Shown here in pieces: positions 40,139 through 49,569 of a stretch of DNA of 64,000 nt (position 1 is its first letter; each line of letters begins with the position of its first letter). The notes under the pieces are model-generated. The model saw only the letters and a list, made by a program, of their open reading frames with translations. It was not told the origin of the DNA and did no database searches. The stretch is taken from NCBI GenBank assembly GCA_028717885.1, contig JAQUMX010000006.1, forward strand, positions 206 to 64,205, written 5' to 3'. A program made the translations under genes and the position numbers. This stretch comes from Candidatus Omnitrophota bacterium (GTDB lineage Bacteria; Omnitrophota; Gorgyraeia; Gygaellales; Profunditerraquicolaceae).

Positions 40139-40150
40139 AGAGGTAATACA

Positions 40151-40567
40151 ATGGTAATGATGCCAAAAAGAGTAAAATACCGCAGGGCGCAAAAAGGGCA
40201 GCGTAGAGGCGTGGCAACTTCAGGCGCGGAATTGGCTTTCGGGGAATTCGGTTTGAAATCCTTGGAGAACGGCTGGATTAAAAATATCCAAATCGAAGCC
40301 GTACGCGTGATCCTTGCCCGGCAGCTGCATAAAGGCGGAAAACTTTGGATCAGGATTTTTACGGATAAGCCGATTACTAAAAAACCGGCAGAAGTGCGTA
40401 TGGGTAAAGGTAAGGGCGAAACCGATCACTGGGTAGCAATCGTAAAAAGAGGCAAAATACTCTTTGAGTTAGGCGGGATTCCGGAAGAATACGCCAAGCG
40501 CTGTTTCAGGCTCGCAGCATACAAGTTGCCTTTTCAGACTAAATTTATCACAAGGACGCACAGATGA
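40151..40567 (+). CDS. rplP: 50S ribosomal protein L16
   Basis: M(L)MPKR.K(Y)R block; the exact Met among MVMM (40151/40157/40160) is uncertain. Confidence 0.94.
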   Translation: MVMMPKRVKYRRAQKGQRRGVATSGAELAFGEFGLKSLENGWIKNIQIEAVRVILARQLHKGGKLWIRIFTDKPITKKPAEVRMGKGKGETDHWVAIVKRGKILFELGGIPEEYAKRCFRLAAYKLPFQTKFITRTHR

Positions 40568-40770
40568 AACATAAAATTTCGGATTTACGCAATCTTTCCA
40601 AAGAAGAACTCCTGCAAAAAGAAAAAACGCTTAAAGAGGATTTATTTAAGCTTAATCAGCAACGTTACAGCGGTAGGGTGGATAAACCGCACATGTTCTC
40701 ATTGGCAAAAAGAGATTTGGCGCGCATCCAGACGCTCTTGAACGAGAAGAAAGAGAATACAAATGGGTAA
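40564..40770 (+). CDS. rpmC: 50S ribosomal protein L29
   Basis: 68 aa, (L)R..S.(E)EL......LK.(E/D)LF.L pattern; position. Confidence 0.9.
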   Translation: MKHKISDLRNLSKEELLQKEKTLKEDLFKLNQQRYSGRVDKPHMFSLAKRDLARIQTLLNEKKENTNG

Positions 40771-41044
40771 GCAGAAAGAATATATCGGCACAGTAATTAG
40801 CAACAAAATGCAGAAGACCGTAGTGGTAAAAATCATGCATTTAAGCAAGCACGCCAAGTACGGCAAGATTATTAAGGGTTATGCCAAGTATAAGGCGCAT
40901 GATGAAAAATCAGAAAGCAAGCCCGGCGACACCGTGCGAATCGTGGAAACCAGGCCTTTATCAAAAGATAAGCATTTCAGGGTTGCGCAAATCGTAAAGA
41001 AAGCTGCAATCCCGGAAATTGCCTTAAAGGATGATGAGAAATGA
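40763..41044 (+). CDS. rpsQ: 30S ribosomal protein S17
   Basis: G.V(I/V)S.KM.KT(V)VV.(I/V) start, E.RP(L)SK.K.(F/W)R(V). Confidence 0.94.
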   Translation: MGKQKEYIGTVISNKMQKTVVVKIMHLSKHAKYGKIIKGYAKYKAHDEKSESKPGDTVRIVETRPLSKDKHFRVAQIVKKAAIPEIALKDDEK

Positions 41045-41409
41045 TCCAGCTTAGGACAATTTTGGATGTCGCCGATAATACCGGCGCGAAAAAAGCTTCG
41101 TTGATAGCGGTTTTAGGCAAGAAGAATTGCGACACCGCGCAGATCGGCGATGTGGTAAATGTCAACGTCAAAGAATCTGCTCCGGAGGCTGCGGTAAAAA
41201 AAGGGGAAGTAGCAAAGGCGGTAATTGTCAGGACCAAGCAGCCGATCAGAAGGGCTGATGGGACAGTATTGCGTTTTGACCGCAATGCCATTGTTTTTAT
41301 CGACCCTCAGCAAAATCCCAAAGGGACGCGTGTTTTTGGGCCGGTAGCCAGGGAACTCAGGGATAAAAATTTCACAAAAATCATTTCATTAGCGCCAGAG
41401 GTTATTTAG
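41041..41409 (+). CDS. rplN: 50S ribosomal protein L14
   Basis: MIQ..(T/S).L.VADN(T/S)GAK start. Confidence 0.97.
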   Translation: MIQLRTILDVADNTGAKKASLIAVLGKKNCDTAQIGDVVNVNVKESAPEAAVKKGEVAKAVIVRTKQPIRRADGTVLRFDRNAIVFIDPQQNPKGTRVFGPVARELRDKNFTKIISLAPEVI

Positions 41410-41721
41410 ATGCTTAAAATCAGAAAACAAGATACGGTATTGGTAATCAAGGGGAAGGACGCCGGGAAAAAAGGCCGGGTATTGCAAATCCTTTCCGAAA
41501 ATAAAAAGGCCCTCGTAGAAGGGATAAATTTTGTCAAGAAACATAAACGCAAGACCCAGCAGGATCAGCAGGGCGGGGTAGTTTCTATCGAATCCCCGAT
41601 TTCCTTATCGAACTTGATGCTGATCTGTAAAGGCTGCAACCGGCCGACACGCGTAGGTTTTACCGTGCTTGCCGATAAAACCAAGCAGCGTTTTTGCAAA
41701 AGCTGTAAAGAGGTTATATAA
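41410..41721 (+). CDS. rplX: 50S ribosomal protein L24
   Basis: KOW block (I)(R)K.D.V.VI.GKD.GK.G.V. Confidence 0.94.
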   Translation: MLKIRKQDTVLVIKGKDAGKKGRVLQILSENKKALVEGINFVKKHKRKTQQDQQGGVVSIESPISLSNLMLICKGCNRPTRVGFTVLADKTKQRFCKSCKEVI

Positions 41722-41723
41722 AG

Positions 41724-42278
41724 ATGGCCACGAGATTACAGGATAAATACGTTCAGGAAATTGTCCCCAAGATGATGGAGAAGTTTTCACTGAAAAATAA
41801 ATTAGCGGTCCCCCGCGTCGAAAAGATCGTCATCAACATGGGTGTCGGTGAAGCAATTGCCGATGTGAAGATCCTGGAAAAAGCCATGGATGAGCTGGCA
41901 CAGATTACCGGCCAGCGCCCGGTAATGCGCAGGGCCAAAAAAGCGATTTCCAATTTTAAAATCAAGCAAGGCCAGGGGGTCGGCTGCAAAGTAACTTTAC
42001 GCAAAAAAATGATGTATGAATTCATGGATCGCTTGATTAATATTACCATGCCGCGTATCCGCGATTTCCGCGGCGTGCCGACGGCTTCTTTCGATCAGGC
42101 AGGTAATTATACTTTAGGCTTAAGCGACCAGAGCATCTTTCCGGAAATCGAATACGACAAGATCGGCCGCGCACAGGGCATGGATATTACTTTTGTGATC
42201 AAGAATTCCAAATCCGATACTCAGTCACGTGAATTATTAAGGTTTTTTGGTATGCCGTTCAAGGAGAACAAGGAATAA
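41724..42278 (+). CDS. rplE: 50S ribosomal protein L5
   Basis: PR(V)EKIV(I)NMGVGEA, RDFRG(V) blocks. Confidence 0.97.
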   Translation: MATRLQDKYVQEIVPKMMEKFSLKNKLAVPRVEKIVINMGVGEAIADVKILEKAMDELAQITGQRPVMRRAKKAISNFKIKQGQGVGCKVTLRKKMMYEFMDRLINITMPRIRDFRGVPTASFDQAGNYTLGLSDQSIFPEIEYDKIGRAQGMDITFVIKNSKSDTQSRELLRFFGMPFKENKE

Positions 42279-42279
42279 T

Positions 42280-42465
42280 ATGGCAAAGACTTCGCAAATA
42301 GAAAGATGGAGGCGGACACCGAAATTTTCTTCGCGCAAATATAACCGCTGCCCGCTTTGTGGCAGGTCAGGCGGTTACTTGCGCAGGTTCAAACTCTGCC
42401 GCATCTGTTTCCGTGAATTAGCCTGGAAAGGTATGATTCCGGGTTTAAAAAAAGCTAGTTGGTAG
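42280..42465 (+). CDS. rpsN: 30S ribosomal protein S14, zinc-binding type Z (61 aa)
   Basis: MAKTSQIER..., CPLCGR...CRICFRE Cys4, ends KASW; ATG 42280 follows the rplE stop (track start 42247 overlaps rplE). Confidence 0.93.
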   Translation: MAKTSQIERWRRTPKFSSRKYNRCPLCGRSGGYLRRFKLCRICFRELAWKGMIPGLKKASW

Positions 42466-42487
42466 CTTAGTAGTTTAAGGAGAAAAT

Positions 42488-42883
42488 ATGTCAAGAACCG
42501 ATTTGATTGCTGACGCAATTGCCATGATCCGTAACGCGATTATGGCCAAAAAAGAAAATGTCGATATTCCGGCATCCAATACTTTAAAGGCAATTGTAGA
42601 GATCCTCAAAAAGGAAGAATATATCGAGGCCTACAAGCCGATCGAAGATAAAAAACAGGGTATCTTAAGGGTTTACCTGAAATATTTATCCGGCAAATCG
42701 GCAATTATCAATATGAAACGGGTTTCCCGGCCGGGAATGCGGGTATACGTAAAAAAGGATAAGATCCCTAAAGTTTTAAGGGGTAGAGGCATGGCAATCG
42801 TTTCTAGTTCCAAGGGGATCATTACTGACAAAGAAGCCCGTGAAACCGGCTTAGGCGGGGAAGTAGTCGCATATATTTGGTAA
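42488..42883 (+). CDS. rpsH: 30S ribosomal protein S8
   Basis: D.IAD..(T/A).IRNA start, C-terminal GGE(V/I)(V/L).Y(I/V)W. Confidence 0.96.
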   Translation: MSRTDLIADAIAMIRNAIMAKKENVDIPASNTLKAIVEILKKEEYIEAYKPIEDKKQGILRVYLKYLSGKSAIINMKRVSRPGMRVYVKKDKIPKVLRGRGMAIVSSSKGIITDKEARETGLGGEVVAYIW

Positions 42884-42895
42884 AGGGGTAAAGAC

Positions 42896-43441
42896 ATGTC
42901 TTTAATTGGTAAAAAACCTATTGCAATACCGAGTGGAGTAAAAGTACAGGCAGAAAACGGCCAGCTTATGGTAGAAGGGCCGAAGGGAAAAATTGCGCGC
43001 CCGTTTTCTCACCGTTTAAATTTGGAATTAAAAGAGAATCAGGTTTTTGTGAAGCGTGTAGGCGATTCCAAGCTGGATAAATCCTTGCACGGCCTCTTCC
43101 GCGCTTTGATTGCCAATATGGTTAAGGGTGTAACTGACGGCTACAGCAAAGAATTGGAAATTATAGGCACCGGTTTTAAAGCTCAGATACAGGGGAATAA
43201 ATTGGTCTTGACCGTGGGTTTTTCGCATCCGGTTAATTTCACGATCCCCGAAGGCATTAAGATCGAAGCGCCTAAAGCAACTCACCTGGTGATTAGGGGC
43301 ATTGATAAAGAAAAGGTCGGAGAGATCGCTGCGGAGATCCGCGCGGTTTATCCTCCCGAACCATATAAAGGTAAAGGTATCCGCTATGTCGGCGAATACG
43401 TGAAGAAAAAGATCGGAAAGGCACAAGCAACTACTAAATAA
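42896..43441 (+). CDS. rplF: 50S ribosomal protein L6
   Basis: S.IGK.PI.IP.GV start and EPYKGKGIRY C-terminal block. Confidence 0.96.
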   Translation: MSLIGKKPIAIPSGVKVQAENGQLMVEGPKGKIARPFSHRLNLELKENQVFVKRVGDSKLDKSLHGLFRALIANMVKGVTDGYSKELEIIGTGFKAQIQGNKLVLTVGFSHPVNFTIPEGIKIEAPKATHLVIRGIDKEKVGEIAAEIRAVYPPEPYKGKGIRYVGEYVKKKIGKAQATTK

Positions 43442-43553
43442 GTGAGGACATAATTTATGGAGCGTAAGCGACATAAATTATAAGTCCGAACTTATCCCGA
43501 GTCCAAAGAGATTTTATAGTTGTAAACGAGGGATCTAAAAAGGTCATAGGAAT
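43442..43553 (+). repeat. Family-1 structured intercistronic element (copy C, rplF|rplR)
   Basis: GTGAGGACATAATTTATGGAGCGTAAGCGACATAAATTATAAGTCCGAACTTATCCCG; hairpin 43446-43487 with GTAA tetraloop; mini-ORF 43457-43483. Confidence 0.75.
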
Positions 43554-43916
43554 ATGAAAAACCATAAAGAACAATTAAGATTAAAGAGGCACAAAAGGAT
43601 TTTGATGAAGATTTTCGGCACAGCCGAGCGGCCGCGCTTGGTCATCCGCCGCAGTTTGCAGAATTTTCATGCGCAATTAATAGACGATACGAAACGTAAA
43701 TCCATAATTTCCCTTTCTACTCTTGATAAGCAGGTAAAGGCAAAAGCGCCTTCGGGCGGAAATAATAAGGCTGCAGTTGCCTTAGGAGAAGTTTTAGCCT
43801 TGCGTTTAAAAGAAAAAGGGGTTACCCAGGTTATTTTTGACCGGGCAGGGTATTTGTACCACGGCAGAGTCAAGTCTTTTGCCGATGCTTTAAGAAAGGG
43901 AGGCTTGAAGTTTTAA
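43554..43916 (+). CDS. rplR: 50S ribosomal protein L18
   Basis: RH.R(I)...(I).GT.ERPRL.V.RS..(N)..AQ(L)IDD start, FDR.GY.YHGR(V)K..A(D)A.R..GL.F end. Confidence 0.96.
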   Translation: MKNHKEQLRLKRHKRILMKIFGTAERPRLVIRRSLQNFHAQLIDDTKRKSIISLSTLDKQVKAKAPSGGNNKAAVALGEVLALRLKEKGVTQVIFDRAGYLYHGRVKSFADALRKGGLKF

Positions 43917-44411
43917 ATGCGCGAACTTAATATCGAGCAACAACCGGAATTAATCGAAAAAGTCATTACCATTAACCGTGTCGCAAAAGTTACCAAAGGC
44001 GGTAAAAAGATGCATTTTAGCGCATTAGTCGTAGTCGGCGACACCAAAGGCAAAGTCGGTTTCGCTTTAGGCAAGGCTAATGAAGTTGCTGATGCCATTC
44101 GTAAGAGCCTGGCAAAAGCAAAGCGTGAGTTGTTCACCGTACCCATGGAGGGCACCACTATTCCCCATGAAATTATCGGCGAGTACGGAGCAGCCAAAGT
44201 CTTATTGAAGCCTGCTTCCGAAGGAACCGGCGTTATCGCTGCCGGCCCTGTAAGAGCGATTTGCGAGGCTGCAGGAATAAAAAATATTTTGACCAAGTGT
44301 TTGAGATCCAATAATCCCATCAACGTTATCAGGGCAACCGTTGCGGGTTTGAAAGGTTTAAAAATAGGAAAAGATAATGGAAAAGAAGACAGCGACAAAA
44401 AAGCAGAGTAA
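43917..44411 (+). CDS. rpsE: 30S ribosomal protein S5
   Basis: (I).INRV.KV.KGG(K/R)...F.ALVVVGD..G.VG.G.GKA block. Confidence 0.96.
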   Translation: MRELNIEQQPELIEKVITINRVAKVTKGGKKMHFSALVVVGDTKGKVGFALGKANEVADAIRKSLAKAKRELFTVPMEGTTIPHEIIGEYGAAKVLLKPASEGTGVIAAGPVRAICEAAGIKNILTKCLRSNNPINVIRATVAGLKGLKIGKDNGKEDSDKKAE

Positions 44412-44952
44412 GCCTAAAGCCGTAGTTGCAGCTCCTAAGAAAAAAAAGGCCGTTACTAAAGTAAAAAAAGCAGTGCATGAAGCGCCGTTAGTGATTACCG
44501 GGCTGCATAACCTGCAGGTCCCGTTTGGCTCGCACAAAAAAAGAAAGCTTTTAGGCCGCGGCCCTGGCTCCGGCCATGGTAAAACTTCCACCCGCGGAAG
44601 CAAGGGCCAGACTTCGCGTACCGGACGGCATTTTTATGCCGGATTCGAAGGCGGCACCAGTCCCTTAATCCGCAGGTCTCCAAAGCGCGGCTTTACCTCT
44701 AAATTTAAAAAAGTTTATCAGATCGTGAATTTAAACGATTTGAACAGGATCAAAGAAACTAACATTAACCCCGAGCTCTTAGAGGCAAAGGGACTGATTG
44801 CTGACAAGGAAATGCCGGTAAAGATTTTAGGCGACGGAGAAATCAAGAATTCTATTATTATCCGCGCACATGCTTTTTCTAAAGGGTCTCTGGATAAGAT
44901 CCAGAAGGCCGGCGGAAAAACAGAAATCATAACCAATGCAATCGTTAGCTAA
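44377..44952 (+). CDS. rplO: 50S ribosomal protein L15 with Lys/Ala-rich N-terminal extension
   Basis: Canonical L15 core starts near residue 42 (L.NL.VP.GS.KKRK..GRG.GSG.GKTS.RG.KGQ); only in-frame ATG is 44377, overlapping rpsE by 35 nt; internal GTG starts possible. Confidence 0.85.
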   Translation: MEKKTATKKQSKPKAVVAAPKKKKAVTKVKKAVHEAPLVITGLHNLQVPFGSHKKRKLLGRGPGSGHGKTSTRGSKGQTSRTGRHFYAGFEGGTSPLIRRSPKRGFTSKFKKVYQIVNLNDLNRIKETNINPELLEAKGLIADKEMPVKILGDGEIKNSIIIRAHAFSKGSLDKIQKAGGKTEIITNAIVS

Positions 44953-46306
44953 TATTTTAAATTTAAGCCCTTTAATCAACGCTTTTCGAATCCCCGATTT
45001 AAAGCGTAGGTTAATAATTACCGGGGCATTGCTGGCAGTTTATCGTATCGGCTGCTATCTGCCTACTCCGGGGATTGACGGGAGCGCGCTTGCGGAATTT
45101 TTTAACCGTGTAGCGAAAACCCAGGGCGGAGCGCTCTTTGGCATTATTAATATGTTTTCCGGCGGCGCTATGGAAAGATTGACTATCTTTGCCTTAGGGA
45201 TCATGCCTTATATTTCCAGCTCGATTATCCTGCAGCTTTTGACCGCGGTAATTCCGGCGTTGGAAAAGTTGGCAAAAGAAGGCAGGGCCGGCCACGAAAA
45301 AATCAATCAGTTTACCCGCTACGGCACAGTAGTGCTTTCGATTATACAGTCATTTTTCATTGCTCTCTGGCTGGAGAATCCGGCACGCTTTGAGGGTTTA
45401 AAAATCGTCATGAGTCCGGGCTGGGGTTTCCGCGTGCTCACGGTATTGACCTTGACTACCGGCACGATTTTTATTATGTGGCTGGGTGAGCAGATCCAGG
45501 AAAGAGGCATTGGAAACGGAATCTCGCTGGTAATTACTGCCGGTATCATTTCGAGGATCCCCGCGGCCTTACAGCAATTATGGATCCTGGTTTCGCCTTT
45601 TGCTTCTTCGCGCAGGCAAATTCAGCCGGTTACGCTTTTGATTATGGCTTTCTTTTTTGTGGCAGTAGTCTTCGCGGTTATCCTGATTACGCAGGGGCAA
45701 AGGAAAATCCCCGTGCAATACGCGCGCAGGATCGTCGGCCGCAAGATCTTCGGCGGGCAAAGCACATATATACCTTTAAAGGTAGATACTTCGGGCGTTA
45801 TCGCAATTATCTTTGCGCAGTCGATTATTCTCTTCCCGGCGACGATCGCTTCATTTATCCCGAATCCGGCGTTTCAGAACCTGGCGCAAAGTTTGATCCG
45901 CGGGCATTTGCTTTACACCACGATTTACGCTCTTTTGATTATTTTCTTTTGTTATTTTTATACCGCGATAGTTTTTAATCCAATAGACTTATCAGAGAAT
46001 ATGAAAAAATACGGCGGTTTTATTCCGGGAGTCCGCCCCGGAGTTTCCACCGCTGAATTTTTAGATTATGTGATGACCCGTGTTACTTTAGCGGGCGCGA
46101 TCTTTGTAGCAGTAATAGCGATTTTTCCCGATTTTATCATGGCATGGTTGAAGGTGCCTTATTTGGTCGCTTCTTTTGCCGGCGGAACCAGTATCCTGAT
46201 TACCGTAGGTGTTATGCTTGATACGATCAAACAGATAGAATCGCATCTTCTGATGCATCATTATGAAGGTTTTGTCCGCTCAGGCAGAATCAGGGGCAGG
46301 AGATGA
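44936..46306 (+). CDS. secY: Preprotein translocase subunit SecY
   Basis: 10-TM protein, (L)..R(L)..T...L.VYR(I)G..(L)P.PGI start, GNGISL(V)I block. Confidence 0.96.
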   Translation: MQSLANILNLSPLINAFRIPDLKRRLIITGALLAVYRIGCYLPTPGIDGSALAEFFNRVAKTQGGALFGIINMFSGGAMERLTIFALGIMPYISSSIILQLLTAVIPALEKLAKEGRAGHEKINQFTRYGTVVLSIIQSFFIALWLENPARFEGLKIVMSPGWGFRVLTVLTLTTGTIFIMWLGEQIQERGIGNGISLVITAGIISRIPAALQQLWILVSPFASSRRQIQPVTLLIMAFFFVAVVFAVILITQGQRKIPVQYARRIVGRKIFGGQSTYIPLKVDTSGVIAIIFAQSIILFPATIASFIPNPAFQNLAQSLIRGHLLYTTIYALLIIFFCYFYTAIVFNPIDLSENMKKYGGFIPGVRPGVSTAEFLDYVMTRVTLAGAIFVAVIAIFPDFIMAWLKVPYLVASFAGGTSILITVGVMLDTIKQIESHLLMHHYEGFVRSGRIRGRR

Positions 46307-46965
46307 AAATCATCCTCTTGGGGCCTCCCGGAGCAGGAAAAGGCACGCAAGCAAAGGTTCTTTCTCAAAGATTGAATTTAGTGCATATTTCTACCGGCGA
46401 TCTTTTGCGGCAGAATGTTTCGAAGGCTACGCAATTAGGATTGGAAGCCAAGGATTACATGAATAAAGGAGCCTTGGTTCCCGACACGCTGGTGACCTCG
46501 ATGTTAAGCGAGAGGTTTAACCAGGAAGATGTGAAAAAAGGTTTTATCCTCGATGGTTATCCGCGCACTTTAAAACAAGCGGAATCACTCGACGTTCTTT
46601 TAAAAGAAAAACAATACAAGATCGACAAAGTTTTTTACCTGGATACCAGTGAAAAAATAGTGGTGCAGCGTTTGTCCGGAAGGCTTGTTTGCAGTAAATG
46701 CAGCGCCAACTTTCATAAGACCAATATGCCTCCGAAAAAAGATATGGTTTGCGATGCCTGTGGCGCAAGCTTGTATCAGAGGCAGGATGACAAAGAAGAG
46801 ACGATTAAAAAACGCCTTCAGGTCTACCAGCAAGAATCTGCTCCTTTGATAGAATATTATAAGTCTAAAGGAAAACTGGTGCGGGTTGATTCCGACCAGG
46901 ATGCCAATGTGGTATTAGAGGAAATTATCCGGCGCTCGAAAGAGAATGATACTCCTAAAGTCTAA
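46303..46965 (+). CDS. adk: Adenylate kinase (Cys4 zinc lid)
   Basis: GPPGAGKGTQA P-loop, ISTGD(L)LR, GF(I)LDG(Y)PRT, lid CSKC...CDAC. Confidence 0.96.
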   Translation: MKIILLGPPGAGKGTQAKVLSQRLNLVHISTGDLLRQNVSKATQLGLEAKDYMNKGALVPDTLVTSMLSERFNQEDVKKGFILDGYPRTLKQAESLDVLLKEKQYKIDKVFYLDTSEKIVVQRLSGRLVCSKCSANFHKTNMPPKKDMVCDACGASLYQRQDDKEETIKKRLQVYQQESAPLIEYYKSKGKLVRVDSDQDANVVLEEIIRRSKENDTPKV

Positions 46966-47698
46966 AGCAGATTTACTGATGCTTAGAGAATCAGGAAAGA
47001 TCCTGGGGAAGATTCTTAAAGCCCTGCAAAAGGCAATCAAGCCGGGGATAACCACAGCAGAAATTGACAAATTAGCGGAAGATTTATTGCTTAGTGAGAA
47101 AGTCCTGGCGGCATTTAAAGGGTATAAAGGTTTCCCTGCCAGTACCTGCGTTTCTTTGAACGAAGAAGTGGTGCATGGCATCCCCAGCGGCAGGGTGATT
47201 CAGGACGGGGATATTGTCAGCGTAGATTTCGGTTTAAATTACCGAGGGTATTTTTCCGACGCAGCTTTTACCTTAGGCGTAGGCAAGCTAGACAGCCGGG
47301 TAAAAAAACTGATGGCAGTGGCGAAAGCCGCCCTTTCGGAGGGGATCAAGCAGGCAGTGCCGGAAAATCATCTCTTTGATATTTCATACGCGATTCAGAA
47401 TTACGTGGAGAAGAACGGCTTTTCCGTAGTCAGGCAATTTGTCGGGCACGGGATCGGCCGCAACCTGCACGAAGAACCGGAGATCCCGAATTTTGGAATG
47501 AAAGGCAGGGGGCCGGTCTTAAAGAGCGGAATGGTATTTGCCATTGAGCCAATGGTGAATATGGGGACCTGGGAATGCGAGATCCTCGAGAATGGCTGGA
47601 CCGCAGTCACTGCGGATAGGCGGCCCTCAGCACATTTTGAGCATACCGTGGCAATCACCGAAAGCGGCCCGGAAATCTTAACGAGAGACGATGCCTAA
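46946..47698 (+). CDS. map: Methionine aminopeptidase type I
   Basis: HGIP, D(I)VS(V)D, GHGIG...HE.P.(I)PN(F), FAIEPM, (E)HT(V) metal-ligand blocks. Confidence 0.95.
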   Translation: MILLKSKADLLMLRESGKILGKILKALQKAIKPGITTAEIDKLAEDLLLSEKVLAAFKGYKGFPASTCVSLNEEVVHGIPSGRVIQDGDIVSVDFGLNYRGYFSDAAFTLGVGKLDSRVKKLMAVAKAALSEGIKQAVPENHLFDISYAIQNYVEKNGFSVVRQFVGHGIGRNLHEEPEIPNFGMKGRGPVLKSGMVFAIEPMVNMGTWECEILENGWTAVTADRRPSAHFEHTVAITESGPEILTRDDA

Positions 47699-47909
47699 AG
47701 AAGAACTGATTGAAACAGAGGGTGTAGTTTTAGAAGCGTTACCCAACGCGATGTTTAAGGTACAGCTGGAAAACGAGCACGTGGTTTTGGCGCATGTCTC
47801 GGGAAAAATGCGCATGAATTTTATCAGGATCCTGCCGGGGGATAAAGTAAAGTTGGAATTATCTCCTTATGATTTAAGCCGCGGCAGAATAACATTTAGG
47901 GTGAAATAA
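47691..47909 (+). CDS. infA: Translation initiation factor IF-1
   Basis: E.EG.V.E.LPNAMF.V.LEN...(V)LAH(V)SGKMR.(N)(F)IRILPGD.V.(L)E(L)SPYDL.(R)GRI.(F)R. Confidence 0.97.
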   Translation: MPKEELIETEGVVLEALPNAMFKVQLENEHVVLAHVSGKMRMNFIRILPGDKVKLELSPYDLSRGRITFRVK

Positions 47910-47910
47910 A

Positions 47911-48024
47911 ATGAAAGTAAAAGCGTCAGTAACTAAAATTTGCGACCGTTGCAAAATTATCAAGAGAAGAGGGGTGGTGCGCGTTATTTGCACCAATCCT
48001 AAACACAAGCAGAGACAAGGATAA
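47911..48024 (+). CDS. rpmJ: 50S ribosomal protein L36
   Basis: 37-aa [40 protein letters not shown], below the track cut-off; canonical position infA-rpmJ-rpsM. Confidence 0.93.
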   Translation: MKVKASVTKICDRCKIIKRRGVVRVICTNPKHKQRQG

Positions 48025-48029
48025 AACAT

Positions 48030-48455
48030 ATGCCAAGAATTTTAGGTGTGGACATCCCGAAGGAAAAAAGAATTGAGATCGCCCTGTGCTATCTTTTCGG
48101 CGTGGGCAGGTCTTTAGCAAACAACATCCTTAAAGAAGCGCAGATTTCTCCCGATAAGCGGGCAAAGGATTTAAGCGAAGAAGAGATTTTGCGCATTACC
48201 AACATCATTCAGAAAGGTTACCGCGTAGAAGGAGATTTACGCCGTGACATTTCGCAGAATATCAAGAGATTAGTCGATATCGGTTCCTGGAGAGGTTCGC
48301 GCCACAAAAAAGGCCTTCCTTGCAGAGGGCAGCGTACGCGTACAAATTCCAGGACACGTAAGGGCCCGCGTAAAGGCGGTATGGCGGTAATCAAGAAAGC
48401 GGATACCGCACCTAAAAAGTCAGCGCCTGCAGCAGCAAAGCCGGCCGGTAAATAA
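48030..48455 (+). CDS. rpsM: 30S ribosomal protein S13 (short Lys/Ala/Pro-rich C-terminal tail)
   Basis: M(P/A)RI.GVD(I)P..KR(I)EIAL.Y(L)(F)G(V)G start. Confidence 0.96.
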   Translation: MPRILGVDIPKEKRIEIALCYLFGVGRSLANNILKEAQISPDKRAKDLSEEEILRITNIIQKGYRVEGDLRRDISQNIKRLVDIGSWRGSRHKKGLPCRGQRTRTNSRTRKGPRKGGMAVIKKADTAPKKSAPAAAKPAGK

Positions 48456-48513
48456 CACGCGGCCTTAATGGATAGGCCGGTGTGCATTTGTATGCAAGGA
48501 GGAATTAAGTTTT
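48455..48513 (+). repeat. Family-3 cassette: GC hairpin plus conserved SD leader (copy 2, before rpsK)
   Basis: ACACGCGGCCT (48455-48465) / AGGCCGGTGTG (48474-48484) then CATTTGTATGCAAGGAGG; matches 12047-12102. Confidence 0.7.
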
Positions 48514-48903
48514 ATGGCCACTAAAGATAAGGCAAAGAAGAAGAAAATAGCCAAGGGAGTAACCTCTGGCATTGCGCATATTCAAGCCAGTTTTAATAAT
48601 ACGATTATTACGATTACCGACAAGCAGGGCAACTGCCTGGCTTGGTCGGCGCCGGGGATTGTCGGTTACGGCGGAAGCAAAAAATCAACTCCTTTCGCCG
48701 CCCAGGTTGCCGCAACTGATGCAGCCAGGAAAGCGAAGGAAATCGGAATCAAGGAAGTGGAAGTCCGGGTTAAGGGGCCGGGATTCGGCCGCGAATCGGC
48801 AATCCGCGCATTGGCTGCCGCAGGCCTTACGGTAACTTCCATCAAAGATGTCACTCCTATTCCGCATAACGGATGCCGTCCGAAGAAAAAGAGGAGAGTA
48901 TAA
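48514..48903 (+). CDS. rpsK: 30S ribosomal protein S11
   Basis: G.AHI.A(S)FNNTI(I)TITD..GN..(A)W(S)(A)G block. Confidence 0.97.
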   Translation: MATKDKAKKKKIAKGVTSGIAHIQASFNNTIITITDKQGNCLAWSAPGIVGYGGSKKSTPFAAQVAATDAARKAKEIGIKEVEVRVKGPGFGRESAIRALAAAGLTVTSIKDVTPIPHNGCRPKKKRRV

Positions 48904-48906
48904 TAG

Positions 48907-49536
48907 ATGGCTAGATACACAGACGCAGTTTGCAGGTTGTGCCGCCGGGAAGTGGAAAAATTATTTTTAAAAGGCCCGAAATGCTACACGGAAAAATGCC
49001 CGGTTACCAAGCGCGCATTTGCCCCGGGGCAGCACGGCGAAGCCAGAAGGCAGAAGCTTTCTAACTACGGGTTGCAGTTAAGGCAGAAGCAAAAAGTAAA
49101 AAGAATGTACGGAGTCATGGAAAAACAATTCCGTAAATATTTTGCCATTGCCACCAAAACCAAAGGTGTTACCGGCAGGGTCCTGCTGCAATTATTGGAG
49201 CGCAGGATCGATAATGTGATTTTCCGTTTAGGGATGGCGGTTTCCCGCGCGCAGGCGCGCCAGGTCGTGCGGCATAATTTCGTTTATGTAAACGGCCGCA
49301 GGGTCAATATCCCGTCTTATTTGATCGACGCTAACGACGTGATTACGGTCAAAGCAAAAGAAAAATCGGAAAAGAAAATCAGGGAAAACCTGGAACTAAG
49401 CAAAGACCGCGATATCCCGAAGTGGCTGGAATTTAATTCCCAGGAATTACAGGGCAAGGTTTTAAGGTTGCCGGAAAAAGAAGATATTCCGATGACCATC
49501 CAGGAACAGTTGATCGTCGAATTGTATTCCAAGTAA
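48907..49536 (+). CDS. rpsD: 30S ribosomal protein S4
   Basis: MARY....C(R)LCRREG.KLFLKG.(K)C start, S4 RNA-binding domain RLDNV(I)FR(L)G. Confidence 0.97.
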   Translation: MARYTDAVCRLCRREVEKLFLKGPKCYTEKCPVTKRAFAPGQHGEARRQKLSNYGLQLRQKQKVKRMYGVMEKQFRKYFAIATKTKGVTGRVLLQLLERRIDNVIFRLGMAVSRAQARQVVRHNFVYVNGRRVNIPSYLIDANDVITVKAKEKSEKKIRENLELSKDRDIPKWLEFNSQELQGKVLRLPEKEDIPMTIQEQLIVELYSK

Positions 49537-49569
49537 TCTTTACAACCGTTTATCATAAGGGAGAAGAAA

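Noticed and set aside
45580-45978. Same-strand alternative-frame ORFs inside real genes: 45580-45978 in secY, 14941-15249 and 15637-15828 in the exchanger, 48572-48835 in rpsK, 32815-33000 and 33408-33635 in fusA, 46263-46466 across secY/adk.
   Set aside because: They are out of frame with strongly supported genes, and their translations are Arg/Gly/Pro-rich nonsense without motifs.
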